DNA of 63,616 nucleotides, filler included. It is 6 parts of 6 records of this genome, joined end to end, with 100 filler letters (N's around TTAATTAATTAA, not from the genome) between each part and the next. Parts side by side here need not be neighbours in the genome. Positions count along the whole stretch, not along the records: positions 24,723 to 49,357 come from SRR31156797_45522; positions 49,458 to 58,246 come from SRR31156797_45534; positions 58,347 to 63,616 come from SRR31156797_45801; 3 more parts are not named here. One strand, 5' to 3'. The notes beneath the pieces were generated by a model. The model saw only the letters and a list, made by a program, of their open reading frames with translations. It ran no database searches and had not been told where the DNA came from. A program made the position numbers and the translations under genes. This document shows, piece by piece, positions 48,210-58,348 of the stretch (its first letter is position 1; each line of letters starts with the position of its first letter).

Positions 48210-48551
48210 ATGGGTAGACTCCTTCAGGTACGCGTCACAGCATGGACTTTCAGTGAAGAAGATGTCGAAAAGGCGTATCCTTCATTGTGGAAACTTGTTT
48301 GGCAAGATCCTAAAGTCATTCAGAAAAAAGGTGTACTTGAGCTGACAGGAGCTATTTTTGATGCGGTCCGTGTCGGATTGATAGATGATGACAAGGTTGA
48401 AGCCCTGAAAGACGGGGCAGAAAAAGCCGAAGAAATGCGGCTTGAGATCGAGAAGCTTCTGGGTGAATGGAAGGCCGGAGAAGCGGACAAGCTTATCTAC
48501 CAATTGGAAGATCAACTCGATGGTCTTGAAGACATAGCAGATAAATTTTAA
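48210..48551 (+). CDS. Hypothetical protein
   Basis: 113-aa ORF with RBS, co-oriented between the acc genes and ssb. Confidence 0.75.
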   Translation: MGRLLQVRVTAWTFSEEDVEKAYPSLWKLVWQDPKVIQKKGVLELTGAIFDAVRVGLIDDDKVEALKDGAEKAEEMRLEIEKLLGEWKAGEADKLIYQLEDQLDGLEDIADKF

Positions 48552-48584
48552 AATTGATGAATATATTGAAATTAAGGAGCTAAT

Positions 48585-49151
48585 ATGGCTGGCAGCATGA
48601 ACAAGGTTATTCTTATTGGCAGGTTGGGGCGTGACCCCGAGTTGTCTTATACGCCCGCCGGACAGGCTCGGGCAAAGTTTTCTATTGCCACCGATGAAGG
48701 GTACCGTGACAGACAAACCGGTCAGAAAGTCGAAAAAACCGAGTGGCACAATATTGTCGCTTGGAGACAGACCGCTGAATTCTGTGGCAACTATCTTGGC
48801 AAGGGCCGTTTGGTTATGGTCGAAGGTAAGTTGCAGACACGGAAATGGCAGGATCAGAATACTGGCCAAGACCGTTACATGACCGAGATCGTCGCTGACA
48901 GGGTTCAGGGACTTGATCGAGCGACTGATGGTGCCGGTGCTCCGACCGGTGGCGGATATCAAAAACAGCAGGGCGGCTACCAGCAGCAACAGCAGGGTGG
49001 TTACCAACAGCAACAACAGTCTCAGGGCGGTTATCAGCAGCAGGCTCCACAGCAGGGACAGGCTGCTCAGGGGCAACCTCAGCAGCAGGAAGAAGACCTC
49101 GGTCCCGCCTTCCCGTCTGAGGCCAGTGGTATGGATGATGTGCCTTTCTAG
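48585..49151 (+). CDS. ssb: Single-stranded DNA-binding protein
   Basis: NKVILIGRLGRDPE, TEWH, G/Q-rich linker, acidic tip DDVPF. Confidence 0.97.
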   Translation: MAGSMNKVILIGRLGRDPELSYTPAGQARAKFSIATDEGYRDRQTGQKVEKTEWHNIVAWRQTAEFCGNYLGKGRLVMVEGKLQTRKWQDQNTGQDRYMTEIVADRVQGLDRATDGAGAPTGGGYQKQQGGYQQQQQGGYQQQQQSQGGYQQQAPQQGQAAQGQPQQQEEDLGPAFPSEASGMDDVPF

Positions 49152-49164
49152 ACAATATTTGAAT

Positions 49165-49199
49165 AAAAAAAAGGGTGGCTTTTGCCACCCTTTTTTTTT
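49165..49199 (+). terminator. Rho-independent terminator
   Basis: AAAAAAAGGGTGGC-TTTT-GCCACCC followed by a T run. Confidence 0.88.
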
Positions 49200-49357
49200 G
49201 CCCAATTATTGCTACCCGGCTTGCGATAGCGGTTCGTTTTATCCTCAACGTAGCTAGGCTACGCCTTTGGTGAAACTGCGTCTGAGAAAATGCGAAGGAT
49301 TGTCATGGACAAAATATTTCGCTGAAGGCGACATAAAAAGTTTTGGAGAGTCCAGAG

Positions 49358-49457
49358 NNNNNNNNNNNNNNNNNNNNNNNNNNNNNNNNNNNNNNNNNNN
49401 NTTAATTAATTAANNNNNNNNNNNNNNNNNNNNNNNNNNNNNNNNNNNNNNNNNNNN
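49358..49457. other. Artificial contig spacer
   Basis: N44-TTAATTAATTAA-N44. Confidence 0.99.
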
Positions 49458-50955
49458 CAAAGCCCCTGACTCCTTCGAGGAATTCTGTGTCGCTTCGCTC
49501 GTTTTTGGCTACAATAATTTCCTTTTTACCGTCTTCATCCAGGTCTTCAATAATCAGCCTGGACGGGAGGTAGATTGTTTTCCACTTGGGGCCTTCCTTG
49601 CCCGTGTCGAGACCTTCGGTCCGGTCGCCCCATGGTTCGTACACATAGTTCATGGTGCCGGCGAAATTTTCGCGGCTTTTCCATATTTCGCCCCCGCCCC
49701 TGGAAGAAAGAACAAGCCTGCTGCCGGCGTTGATACCGACCAGGTGTTCCTTTCCGGTTTCTGACAGGCTGAACAGGGCGAAATTGAAAATGTTGTATTT
49801 TTTGGGCAGACGAATGCCCCGTTCGGCCATGTATTCTCCATTTGAATAGATCATGACCTTGGACCGGCCGTGGAACAACACCCCGGTTCCTCCCTGCTGC
49901 CCCATCAGGCGAGGCCCGGTGTTCAGGTAGACTACCCGGTAGTACCATTTCGATTCCTTGACCAGGGGCTTGAGTTCACCGTTTGAATATTCGAGAATAA
50001 GAGAACGGGCGTCGGTGCGTCTTTGGGCGCTGACGAAAATCTCAGCCTTGCCGTTATTATTGATATCGGCGACGTCGAGGGTCAGCAAGCGGTCGCCCCG
50101 AACGGTTTCATAAGCAGCAATTTTGCGGAAGCCGGCCGGTTCCTTGCGGGCCACGTAAATCCCGGTTCTGGTTGCATAGGCCATTTCATTCTGGCCGTCG
50201 CCGTCAATATCGCCCACATCCATTCCGATAATTGCTTCCGGCAGAGATGGACTGCGCCAGAAGGATCCTTCCCTTTCATCGCTGCCGACCGCGGATATGA
50301 AATTGGGATTAAGGGGGGATAAACTAGTCTGTCCTTCACGGCCGGTGAGGAGATAATCCGGGTGCCGGCGATGGGAGGGCAGAGGCGCGGATGAAGCGGC
50401 GCCCGCCCCGGCGGCGGCCGCGGTTCCGGCGGCGGCCGTCGCGGCCGAGGCCGCGGTTGAGGCTCCGCTGGTCCGGCCGAAGGCCTTGGCGTTTATTTGA
50501 TCTGCGAATTGATTTATTTTCGGAATCACGCCGTCGATGCTATCCGATTGTTCTATAACGGATATGGTTCTCTGTGGGTTGGCCAGGTCTATCATGGAGG
50601 CATCCAGGCTCACGTTTTGGCCGAGCATGGTTACGGATCCGAAGACGACATGGTCGGCGCCCAGGGACCGACCTATTTCACGGGCTTTGGCCGGATCGAT
50701 ATCGCCTCCGGCCTTTTTGAAAGCGGCCTTGGCATCCGCTTTGGGCAGAACTTCAACTTTATCCTGCCATCTTAACCTTGACGAGAGCATGTCTATAATG
50801 CCCTGCTGAAGATAGGTCGAATCCTGGGGAGAATTAATTTTAAAAGGCAGAACCAGGACTTTTTGGGCGGCGTCGGCCGAAGTTGCGCCGGCGGCCGCCA
50901 TGATAAATAAAACAGCCATTATCAGAGATACTGTTTTTAAACGTCTAAAAAACAT
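49458..50955 (-). CDS. Secreted FG-GAP/VCBS-repeat protein with N-terminal TolB-N/CsgG-like domain (3' truncated)
   Basis: Signal peptide; VLVLPF...LGAD.V..GS; repeats GDIDGDGQNE, ADINNNGKAEI, DLDEDGKKEI. Probable start 50955. Confidence 0.75.
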
Positions 50956-51407
50956 ACCATTCACCTTTTCTCTCCATATTATTGGAGGGAGCGACATATG
51001 CACAATCGATCTGGAATTCCTACCATTAAAGGAGACCCGGTGTCAAGGCGGGCGGCGGGGTGGGTCGGCATGAATTCCCCGGCCTTGACACTGCCTGTTA
51101 CATGCTATATGTCTTACAAAACGGGTAGTCAAAATAAAGGATAATTAATAATAAGGATAAAGCTGGATAAAAATTTATGATTTAGAACATTGAAATCCGT
51201 CCGGCCAAGTAATTATTATTAAAAAGTGAGATAAAGGTCGTAATTTATTGTATAATGATGTCGCTTCCCGGGGGCGGACCCGGAATGTAAGCGTAGATTT
51301 AAACAAAAACAGCCATTACGGGGAGGCGGCTCCCTGAAAGGGCGACATGGAAGTAGATTTATAGTATCACATAAGCTTATAGCGAACAGGGAGGCCAACC
51401 AGGCGTC

Positions 51408-54400
51408 ATGACTGAGAAATACTATTTGGGCCTTGACGTGGGCTCTATCAGTTTGAACACTGTTTTGTTGAATGAGAATCGAGAGATCGTTTTTGAAGAT
51501 TATACGCGAACCAAGGGGCAGCCTTACGACGTTGCAGTTGAAGTTCTGTCCGGGATGCTGGATAAATATGCGGCTGAAAAAATTTGCTCCGTATCGGTTA
51601 CCGGATCGGGCGGCAAGCTCATGGCCGACCTTTTGGAGGGAGTTTTTGTTAATGAGATAATCGCCCAGACAAGGGCGACGAATGAATATGTGCCTCAGGC
51701 CCGTTCCATAATCGATATGGGCGGGGAGGATTCAAAACTTATTCTGGTCAACAGCGAAGGGGAGAACGGCCCCCTGACGATCGCTGATTTTGCCATGAAC
51801 ACCATGTGCGCGGCCGGAACGGGATCCTTCCTTGACCAGCAGGCCCATCGTCTGGGTTACACAATAGAAGAATTCGGCGAAAACGCGTTAAAATCGGAAG
51901 TGCCGCCGCGTATTGCGGGCCGGTGCAGCGTTTTTGCAAAAAGCGACATGATTCATCTTCAGCAGGGGGCTACTCCGGACTACGAGATCATAGCCGGTCT
52001 TTGTTTCGCCATGATCCGGAATTTGAAGAGCAATATTGCCAAGGGCAAGAAGATTGCGCCTCCTTTGAGCTTCCAGGGCGGCGTGGCCGCCAACCAGGGC
52101 GTCCGCAAGGCCATAAAGGACATCATGGAGCTTGACGACGAGGATTTTATAGTTCCTGAACACTTCTATTCCATGGGCGCCATTGGCGCGGTGTTGAATA
52201 CCATGGACCAGGGGGCTGCCGGCGACGGGAGCTTTGTCGGCCTTGATAAAATCAGGCACTACCTGGCCCATGAAAAGCCTGAAGCCAAGAGAATGGATCC
52301 GTTAAAAGAGGCGGAATCCGTTCCTTCCACGGAGTACCGGATTCTGGACGACCTGGCCGAAGGCGAAACAGTGGATGTCTATTTGGGAATTGACGTGGGT
52401 TCAATAAGCACCAACGTGGTTCTTATAGACGGGGACATGAACGTCATTGACCGGGAATACCTGATGACGGCCGGCCGGCCATTGGAAGCCATAAAGATGG
52501 GGCTGAGCGCGGTGGGCAAACGCGTCGGGGATAAGGTCAAGGTTGTCGGCGCCGGAACCACCGGGTCTGGACGTTACCTGACCGGCGACTTTATCGGCGC
52601 GGATGTCGTGCGTAATGAGATCACGGCCCAGGCCACGGCCGCGGCGGCGATCGACCCCCGCGTCGACACCATATTCGAGATCGGCGGCCAGGATTCAAAG
52701 TTTATCAGCCTGGAAAACGGGGCTATTGTCGACTTCATGATGAACAAGGTTTGCGCGGCTGGAACCGGTTCTTTTCTTGAAGAGCAGGCGGAAAAGCTGG
52801 GCATTAACATCAAGGAGGAATTCGGCAAGATAGCGCTTTCGGCTGAAAACCCGGTGCAGTTGGGAGAACGCTGCACGGTATTTATGGAATCCGACCTGGT
52901 TCACTTCCAGCAACAGGGCGTAGAGCAGCCCGACCTGGTTGGCGGACTTTGTTATTCGATCGTGGTCAACTATATTAATAAGGTTGTGGAAGACCGCCGG
53001 ATAGGGGATCACATCTTCTACCAGGGCGCCACGGCTTTTAACAAGGGGATCGTGGCCGCGTTTGAAGCGGTTACCGGCAAGAAGATCACGGTTCCGAATC
53101 ATGCGGATGTAACAGGCGCCATCGGCGTGGCTTTACTGGCCCGCAACGAAAGAAATTGGAAGGAAAGTCTTTTTAAAGGATTTAATCTTTCGGAATTGGA
53201 TTATGAAATTTCATCGTTCGAGTGCAACGGCTGCGCCAATGCCTGTGAAATACGCAAGGTGCAGATAGAAGGGCAGAAGCCGCTGTTTTACGGTTCCCGT
53301 TGCGAAAAGTACGACGTGGCCAAAAAGAAGGCTTCGGAAGGAGATGTTCCCGATCTTTTCGCGGAGCGCACGGAAATGCTGTTAAATCCGCCCGAAGCCA
53401 AGCCTATGAACGGTTTGAACAGGGGGCAGATCGGCTTGCCGAGGGCCATGTTTTATCATGAGCTGATGCCCTTTTTTAAAACATTCTGGACAGCCTTGGG
53501 CTTTGAAACGGTTATATCTGAAAAATCCAATAAAAAGCTCATTCACCGCGGGTGCGAAGTAGTGATTAGCGAGCCTTGCTTCCCAACCAAGGTCGGCCAC
53601 GGCCATCTCCTTGATTTGGCTGACAAGGGAGTGGGGCGCATATTCCTGCCCAGCGTGGTCAACATGCTGCAGAACAATCCCGAGTTGAAGCACAGTACGG
53701 TTTGCCCGTATTCTCAGACCTTGACATATACGGTGCATTCGGCCATTAACTTTGAGGATTTGGGTGTGGAGCTGATCCAGGGGCCCATATATTTTGGAAA
53801 CGGTGAAAAGGTCTTGACCAAGTGCATGACCGATATTGCGGTTCCACTGGGAGTTAAGTCAAGTGAAGTCAAGAAGGCGGTGAAGCTGGCCCTTGAAGCC
53901 CAGAATAATTTCTACGACCGTTTGCTTAAGCGCGGCGAAGAAATTCTGGCAACGCTGAGCAAGGACAGGCTGGGTATGGTCGTGGTGGCCAGGCCGTATA
54001 ACGGTTTCGATCCCGGACTCAATTTGAACCTGTCCGCCAAGCTTCGCGACCTGGGCGTGGTCGGCATTCCCATGGATTTTCTGCAATTGGACGACCCGGC
54101 TCTTCATGGAGAGGCCAAGTACCATTACTGGAGGTACGGTCAGAAGATTTTGGCGGCCGGGGAATACATCCGGCAGGATGAGCGTCTTTATGGCATATTC
54201 ATCACTAATTTCGGCTGCGGCCCGGATTCGTTCATTCTGCATTTTTTCAGGGACCTGATGAGGGGCAAGCCTTATTTGGAGATTGAGATCGACGAGCACA
54301 GTTCCGACGTGGGCGCGGTTACCAGGTTGGAAGCTTTTCTTGACAGTCTTAAAAATGTGGATGTGCCCGAAGAAAGTCAGAGTTTGTTGTCTTTCCGCGG

Positions 54401-55622
54401 AAGGACCAAACTGGAAGGCAAGCGCAAGGTTTACCTGCCGCCCATGACGGATCATGCCCATGCGGCGGCCGCGGCTTTCAGGGCTTGCGGGGTTGATTCG
54501 GAAGTGCTGCCTCCATCTGATAATGAAACCCTTCAATTGGGACGCCAGCTCACTTCGGGTAAGGAATGCTATCCTTGCATTTTGACGACCGGCGACCTGG
54601 CAAAGCTTGTGCGAAGGCCGGATTTTGATCCCGACAAGACCGCGTTTTTCATGCCGGCCGCATACGGTCCTTGCCGCTTCGGCCAGTACCACCGTTTTCA
54701 GAGGCTGGCCCTGGACGAACTGGGTTATCCCCAGGTGCCCATTTATTCGCCCGACCAGAGCGAGGAAATGTACGCGGAATTGGACATGGCCACGGACGGG
54801 AATGTCGTCCGCCTGGCCTGGCAGGGCCTTGTGGCTGTGGATCTCTTACAGAAAGCCCTGTTGCAGACCAGGCCTTACGAAGTTAATGAGGGCGAGGCTG
54901 AAAAAGTGTACCAGGAGTGCCTGGATTATGTATGCAATGCGATTGAAAACAGGGAGGACATTTTCGCGACCCTGAAGCATTGCCGGAAAAGACAGGAGTC
55001 GGTGCCGGTGGAAAACCCGGCATCCAGGCCGACCATTGGAATAGTGGGCGAGATATACGTCCGCAACAATGAATATTCCAATGAGAACGCGGTGCGGTCC
55101 ATTGAAAACTTCGGAGGTGAGGCTTTGATGCCTCCATTTTCAGAATGGCTGCTTTATGTAAATGAGACCAATTTGGATGAAGCCAAGCGAAACGGCCGCT
55201 GGAAGGAAGTTGCCGGTTACAAGATCACTCACCATTTCCAGGTGAGGGAGCTGCACAAGATGGAGGCGACTTACAAGGGCTTTCTGCGCAATTTCCATGA
55301 GCCTAAAGTGTCCGAGCAATATGAGTGGGCGGCGCCTTACCTGCACCATTCATTTGAAGGCGAAGCCGTTTTGTCAATCGGCAAGTGCCGGGATTTTATT
55401 AACAAGGGGGCGTCCGGGCTGGTAAACATCATGCCTTTTACCTGCATGCCCGGGGTCATAGTAACCGCTTTATTAAAACGCTTCCGGGAAGATCATAACG
55501 GGATTCCCTTTTTAAACATGGCCTATGACGGTCAGGAACAGACCAACACTTTAACGAGACTTGAAGCATTCATGTACCAGGTCGACCAGTATCGTAAGGA
55601 AAATGAACGGAAAGAAGGATAA
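51408..55622 (+). CDS. Multidomain acyl-CoA dehydratase activase/reductase fusion (PlsA/Ger-like)
   Basis: Two ASKHA activase domains (LG.DVGSIS, D.GG.DSK, CAAGTGSFL, RC.VF) followed by two DUF2229/dehydratase-like domains (C.P.K..HGH, FGCGPD; GKECYP, GPCRFGQY, PFTCMP); 1404 aa. Confidence 0.88.
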   Translation: MTEKYYLGLDVGSISLNTVLLNENREIVFEDYTRTKGQPYDVAVEVLSGMLDKYAAEKICSVSVTGSGGKLMADLLEGVFVNEIIAQTRATNEYVPQARSIIDMGGEDSKLILVNSEGENGPLTIADFAMNTMCAAGTGSFLDQQAHRLGYTIEEFGENALKSEVPPRIAGRCSVFAKSDMIHLQQGATPDYEIIAGLCFAMIRNLKSNIAKGKKIAPPLSFQGGVAANQGVRKAIKDIMELDDEDFIVPEHFYSMGAIGAVLNTMDQGAAGDGSFVGLDKIRHYLAHEKPEAKRMDPLKEAESVPSTEYRILDDLAEGETVDVYLGIDVGSISTNVVLIDGDMNVIDREYLMTAGRPLEAIKMGLSAVGKRVGDKVKVVGAGTTGSGRYLTGDFIGADVVRNEITAQATAAAAIDPRVDTIFEIGGQDSKFISLENGAIVDFMMNKVCAAGTGSFLEEQAEKLGINIKEEFGKIALSAENPVQLGERCTVFMESDLVHFQQQGVEQPDLVGGLCYSIVVNYINKVVEDRRIGDHIFYQGATAFNKGIVAAFEAVTGKKITVPNHADVTGAIGVALLARNERNWKESLFKGFNLSELDYEISSFECNGCANACEIRKVQIEGQKPLFYGSRCEKYDVAKKKASEGDVPDLFAERTEMLLNPPEAKPMNGLNRGQIGLPRAMFYHELMPFFKTFWTALGFETVISEKSNKKLIHRGCEVVISEPCFPTKVGHGHLLDLADKGVGRIFLPSVVNMLQNNPELKHSTVCPYSQTLTYTVHSAINFEDLGVELIQGPIYFGNGEKVLTKCMTDIAVPLGVKSSEVKKAVKLALEAQNNFYDRLLKRGEEILATLSKDRLGMVVVARPYNGFDPGLNLNLSAKLRDLGVVGIPMDFLQLDDPALHGEAKYHYWRYGQKILAAGEYIRQDERLYGIFITNFGCGPDSFILHFFRDLMRGKPYLEIEIDEHSSDVGAVTRLEAFLDSLKNVDVPEESQSLLSFRGRTKLEGKRKVYLPPMTDHAHAAAAAFRACGVDSEVLPPSDNETLQLGRQLTSGKECYPCILTTGDLAKLVRRPDFDPDKTAFFMPAAYGPCRFGQYHRFQRLALDELGYPQVPIYSPDQSEEMYAELDMATDGNVVRLAWQGLVAVDLLQKALLQTRPYEVNEGEAEKVYQECLDYVCNAIENREDIFATLKHCRKRQESVPVENPASRPTIGIVGEIYVRNNEYSNENAVRSIENFGGEALMPPFSEWLLYVNETNLDEAKRNGRWKEVAGYKITHHFQVRELHKMEATYKGFLRNFHEPKVSEQYEWAAPYLHHSFEGEAVLSIGKCRDFINKGASGLVNIMPFTCMPGVIVTALLKRFREDHNGIPFLNMAYDGQEQTNTLTRLEAFMYQVDQYRKENERKEG

Positions 55623-55633
55623 GGAATACCAAC

Positions 55634-57154
55634 GTGAGTAAAATGATAATTAATGCCGTCGATCCGGAGGAGTGCCGTATAGCGGTCCTTGAAGACGGCC
55701 GCCTTGAGGAGTTCTATACGGACAGTTCCTTGAGGGAAATGACCTTGCACAACATCTACAAGGGAACCGTCCAGAACGTGGAGCCCAGCCTGCAGGCTGT
55801 GTTCATCAATTATGGTTCGGATCGCAACGGTTTCCTCCAGGTCAACGAAATCCACCCCGAATATTTTCACATAGAGCCTCCGGAACGGGGTCAGATAGAT
55901 CTGAAAAAGGCTTTGGTCAAGGGCCAGGAAATCCTGGTCCAGGTGACCAAGGAACAGACGGACATCAAGGGCTCGGCCCTGACGACGTACCTGTCCATTG
56001 CGGGCAGGTACGCCGTTTTGATGCCGGGACGCGAACATATCGGCGTATCCAGAAAAATCGAAAGCGATGACGAACGCAAAAGGTTGAAAACGATCGCCAA
56101 GGATATTCCGGTTTCGGAAGGGTGCGGATTTATTATGCGGACCGCGGCCGAAGGGCGAAACAAGAAAGAGATCGCCAAGGATTTAAGCCAGCTTGTCCGT
56201 TTGTGGGAAGATATAAGGAAAAGGGCCATGGAGCTTCCGGCCGGACCGGTGTTGCTGCATAAGGAGCAGGACCTGGCCCTGAAAACCCTGCGGGATCATT
56301 TCAATCCGAATATTAAAGAGATTCTGATTGATAATCCGGACGTGTACGAACACGCCCGGGAGTATATGAAGGTTATTTCTCCCCGCAATCAGAAGCTGGT
56401 CAAGCTGCACAAGGAAAAGCGGCCGATCTTTTCAAAGTTTCAGATAGAAGAACAGACGGAAAGCATATACAGCAACCAGGTGAAGCTCAAGTCCGGCGGT
56501 TCCATTGTAATAAATCCAACGGAAGCCCTGGTGTCTATCGATGTTAATTCCGGGCGGGCGACCAAGGAAGCGAGGCTGGAAACCACGGCCTTCAAGACCA
56601 ATATCGAGGCTTCTGAGGAAATCGCCCGACAATTAAGGCTCAGGGACCTGGGCGGCCTGATAGTGATAGATTTTATCGACATGCGCGATTTAAAAAACAA
56701 GCGCGAAGTTGAAAAGAAAATAAAAACTGAAACAAAGAAGGACAAGGCCAAGATCGATATCGGCCGGATATCCAAGTTCGGGCTTTTGGAGATGTCCAGG
56801 CAGAGAATCCGCCCTTCCATAGAGTACGGCACTTATCATGCCTGCGAACATTGCGGCGGCCGCGGGATAGTCCGGTCGGTGGAAGCTACGGGCCTGGCCG
56901 CGATCCGATTTATAACCCAGCGAATTTCCAAGGGCCAGGTTGTAAAGGTTGTGGGGCGGCTTCATCCGGACGTGGCCGGCTATCTGTTGAATAAAAAGCG
57001 GGCTGAACTTTTGAGCATAGAACAGCGTTTTGATTTGAGCATAGTATTGGAAAGCACGCTGGAAGCTATGCCGAGCCATCTTGATTTTGATTTTATCAAG
57101 CGCGGATCCGAAACAGCGGAAGTAGAAAACGCGACCCAATCCGAAGAGGCTTGA
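55634..57154 (+). CDS. Ribonuclease E/G family (catalytic domain only)
   Basis: NIYKG.V..VEPSLQA.F, TEALVSIDVNSG, QLRLRDLGGLIVIDFIDM, CEHC Zn link. Confidence 0.95.
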   Translation: MSKMIINAVDPEECRIAVLEDGRLEEFYTDSSLREMTLHNIYKGTVQNVEPSLQAVFINYGSDRNGFLQVNEIHPEYFHIEPPERGQIDLKKALVKGQEILVQVTKEQTDIKGSALTTYLSIAGRYAVLMPGREHIGVSRKIESDDERKRLKTIAKDIPVSEGCGFIMRTAAEGRNKKEIAKDLSQLVRLWEDIRKRAMELPAGPVLLHKEQDLALKTLRDHFNPNIKEILIDNPDVYEHAREYMKVISPRNQKLVKLHKEKRPIFSKFQIEEQTESIYSNQVKLKSGGSIVINPTEALVSIDVNSGRATKEARLETTAFKTNIEASEEIARQLRLRDLGGLIVIDFIDMRDLKNKREVEKKIKTETKKDKAKIDIGRISKFGLLEMSRQRIRPSIEYGTYHACEHCGGRGIVRSVEATGLAAIRFITQRISKGQVVKVVGRLHPDVAGYLLNKKRAELLSIEQRFDLSIVLESTLEAMPSHLDFDFIKRGSETAEVENATQSEEA

Positions 57155-57155
57155 T

Positions 57156-58181
57156 TTGTCCCGTCGGGGAATAGCTCTCGGGCTCCTGTTGATCCTGTTT
57201 TTCATCAATCCTGTGAAGGCGGGAGCAGCCTCGAACAGGATAACTCCACCCGCCCGGTATGTCCGGGAGATACAGATTATAGTCACAGACGCGGCCGGAC
57301 GCGGCTTGTCCGGAGTAAAGGCTGAAATCAAGGCAAAGTGGGGGCGGCTTGCCGGCGACGATCTTTTGTCTGATGAACAGGGAAGAATTAATATTTCATT
57401 TCAGCCGGTAATAGAAGATCCGTCCGAGGGATTGGACGTTCGGGACAGGTATCTGGTTTACAGGTCGGAATTTTGGTACAGACTTTCAAAGTCCGGATTT
57501 ATGAATTTATCGGGCGACTTTAAGGATGAGCAGGATTTTGCATCGTTTGAGGATCCTCTTTATTGGAGTCTGAACCGCATGCCTTCCGAAGATCCGGCAG
57601 TAATCCGGGTTAAGATGAACCGGTACCGGGATTTTATGGCCGGGGGGCGTAAGAACCCGGATTTGAAGGATGTGATCGAATCGGTTATGACCGGAAAAAG
57701 GAATTTCAGGTTTATTCCAGGGTCTGTGGGGATGTATGACGGCGGCATGATAAAGATGGCTATTGAATTCATTCCGCTATTTGATCCTTCGGAGTACGGT
57801 TTAAATGGAGCGGCCGCCATATTGCTGAAAAATCCGATCAGAGAGCTTTTGGATGTTTTGAAGGATGAATATCGGGCGGTCGGCGGGATTGCATCCTACG
57901 AAATAAAGGCCCGGGCAGGTTTTCAATATGCGGACGCCCCTTTTGCTCTTCCTGAAGAGCGGACGTTCACCTATGTTTTTTCATCAGCGGGCGCCGGGCA
58001 ATTATTGGATTGGTCGGAAGGCCGGCCGTTTCCCATTGATTTGTTTGAAGTTTCGTTGGGCGGCGAGATTATGGACTTGACGCCTGAATTGGCGCCGGAA
58101 AGAATACACGGCGCCCCGGGCAGCCTGTTGACCGGTCCCAAGCCGGATGGATCGAAGAAGCCGGTTGAAAAGGCGGAATAG
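57156..58181 (+). CDS. Hypothetical exported protein
   Basis: 341-aa ORF with signal peptide, starting 1 nt after the RNase stop. Confidence 0.7.
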   Translation: MSRRGIALGLLLILFFINPVKAGAASNRITPPARYVREIQIIVTDAAGRGLSGVKAEIKAKWGRLAGDDLLSDEQGRINISFQPVIEDPSEGLDVRDRYLVYRSEFWYRLSKSGFMNLSGDFKDEQDFASFEDPLYWSLNRMPSEDPAVIRVKMNRYRDFMAGGRKNPDLKDVIESVMTGKRNFRFIPGSVGMYDGGMIKMAIEFIPLFDPSEYGLNGAAAILLKNPIRELLDVLKDEYRAVGGIASYEIKARAGFQYADAPFALPEERTFTYVFSSAGAGQLLDWSEGRPFPIDLFEVSLGGEIMDLTPELAPERIHGAPGSLLTGPKPDGSKKPVEKAE

Positions 58182-58246
58182 GGGCGCGACCCTGTGCGCG
58201 CCCGAGCTTGGAATTGTAGCGTTTCTCATATTTAAATTCCGATGGC

Positions 58247-58346
58247 NNNNNNNNNNNNNNNNNNNNNNNNNNNNNNNNNNNNNNNNNNNNTTAATTAATT
58301 AANNNNNNNNNNNNNNNNNNNNNNNNNNNNNNNNNNNNNNNNNNNN
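58247..58346. other. Artificial contig spacer
   Basis: N44-TTAATTAATTAA-N44. Confidence 0.99.
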
Positions 58347-58348
58347 TA

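Noticed and set aside
48948-49090. GGYQQQQ tandem repeats in ssb
   Set aside because: Ordinary low-complexity linker of bacterial SSB.
49249-49263. CGTAGC-TAG-GCTACG palindrome downstream of ssb
   Set aside because: Single short copy in the window; it may belong to an intergenic repeat family but cannot be supported here.
24723-49357. Contig 4 as a circular plasmid or excised element because its ends join into a palindrome
   Set aside because: Content is chromosomal housekeeping (kor, acc, ssb, motAB) with no replication or integrase gene; breakage at a multicopy repeat is more parsimonious.
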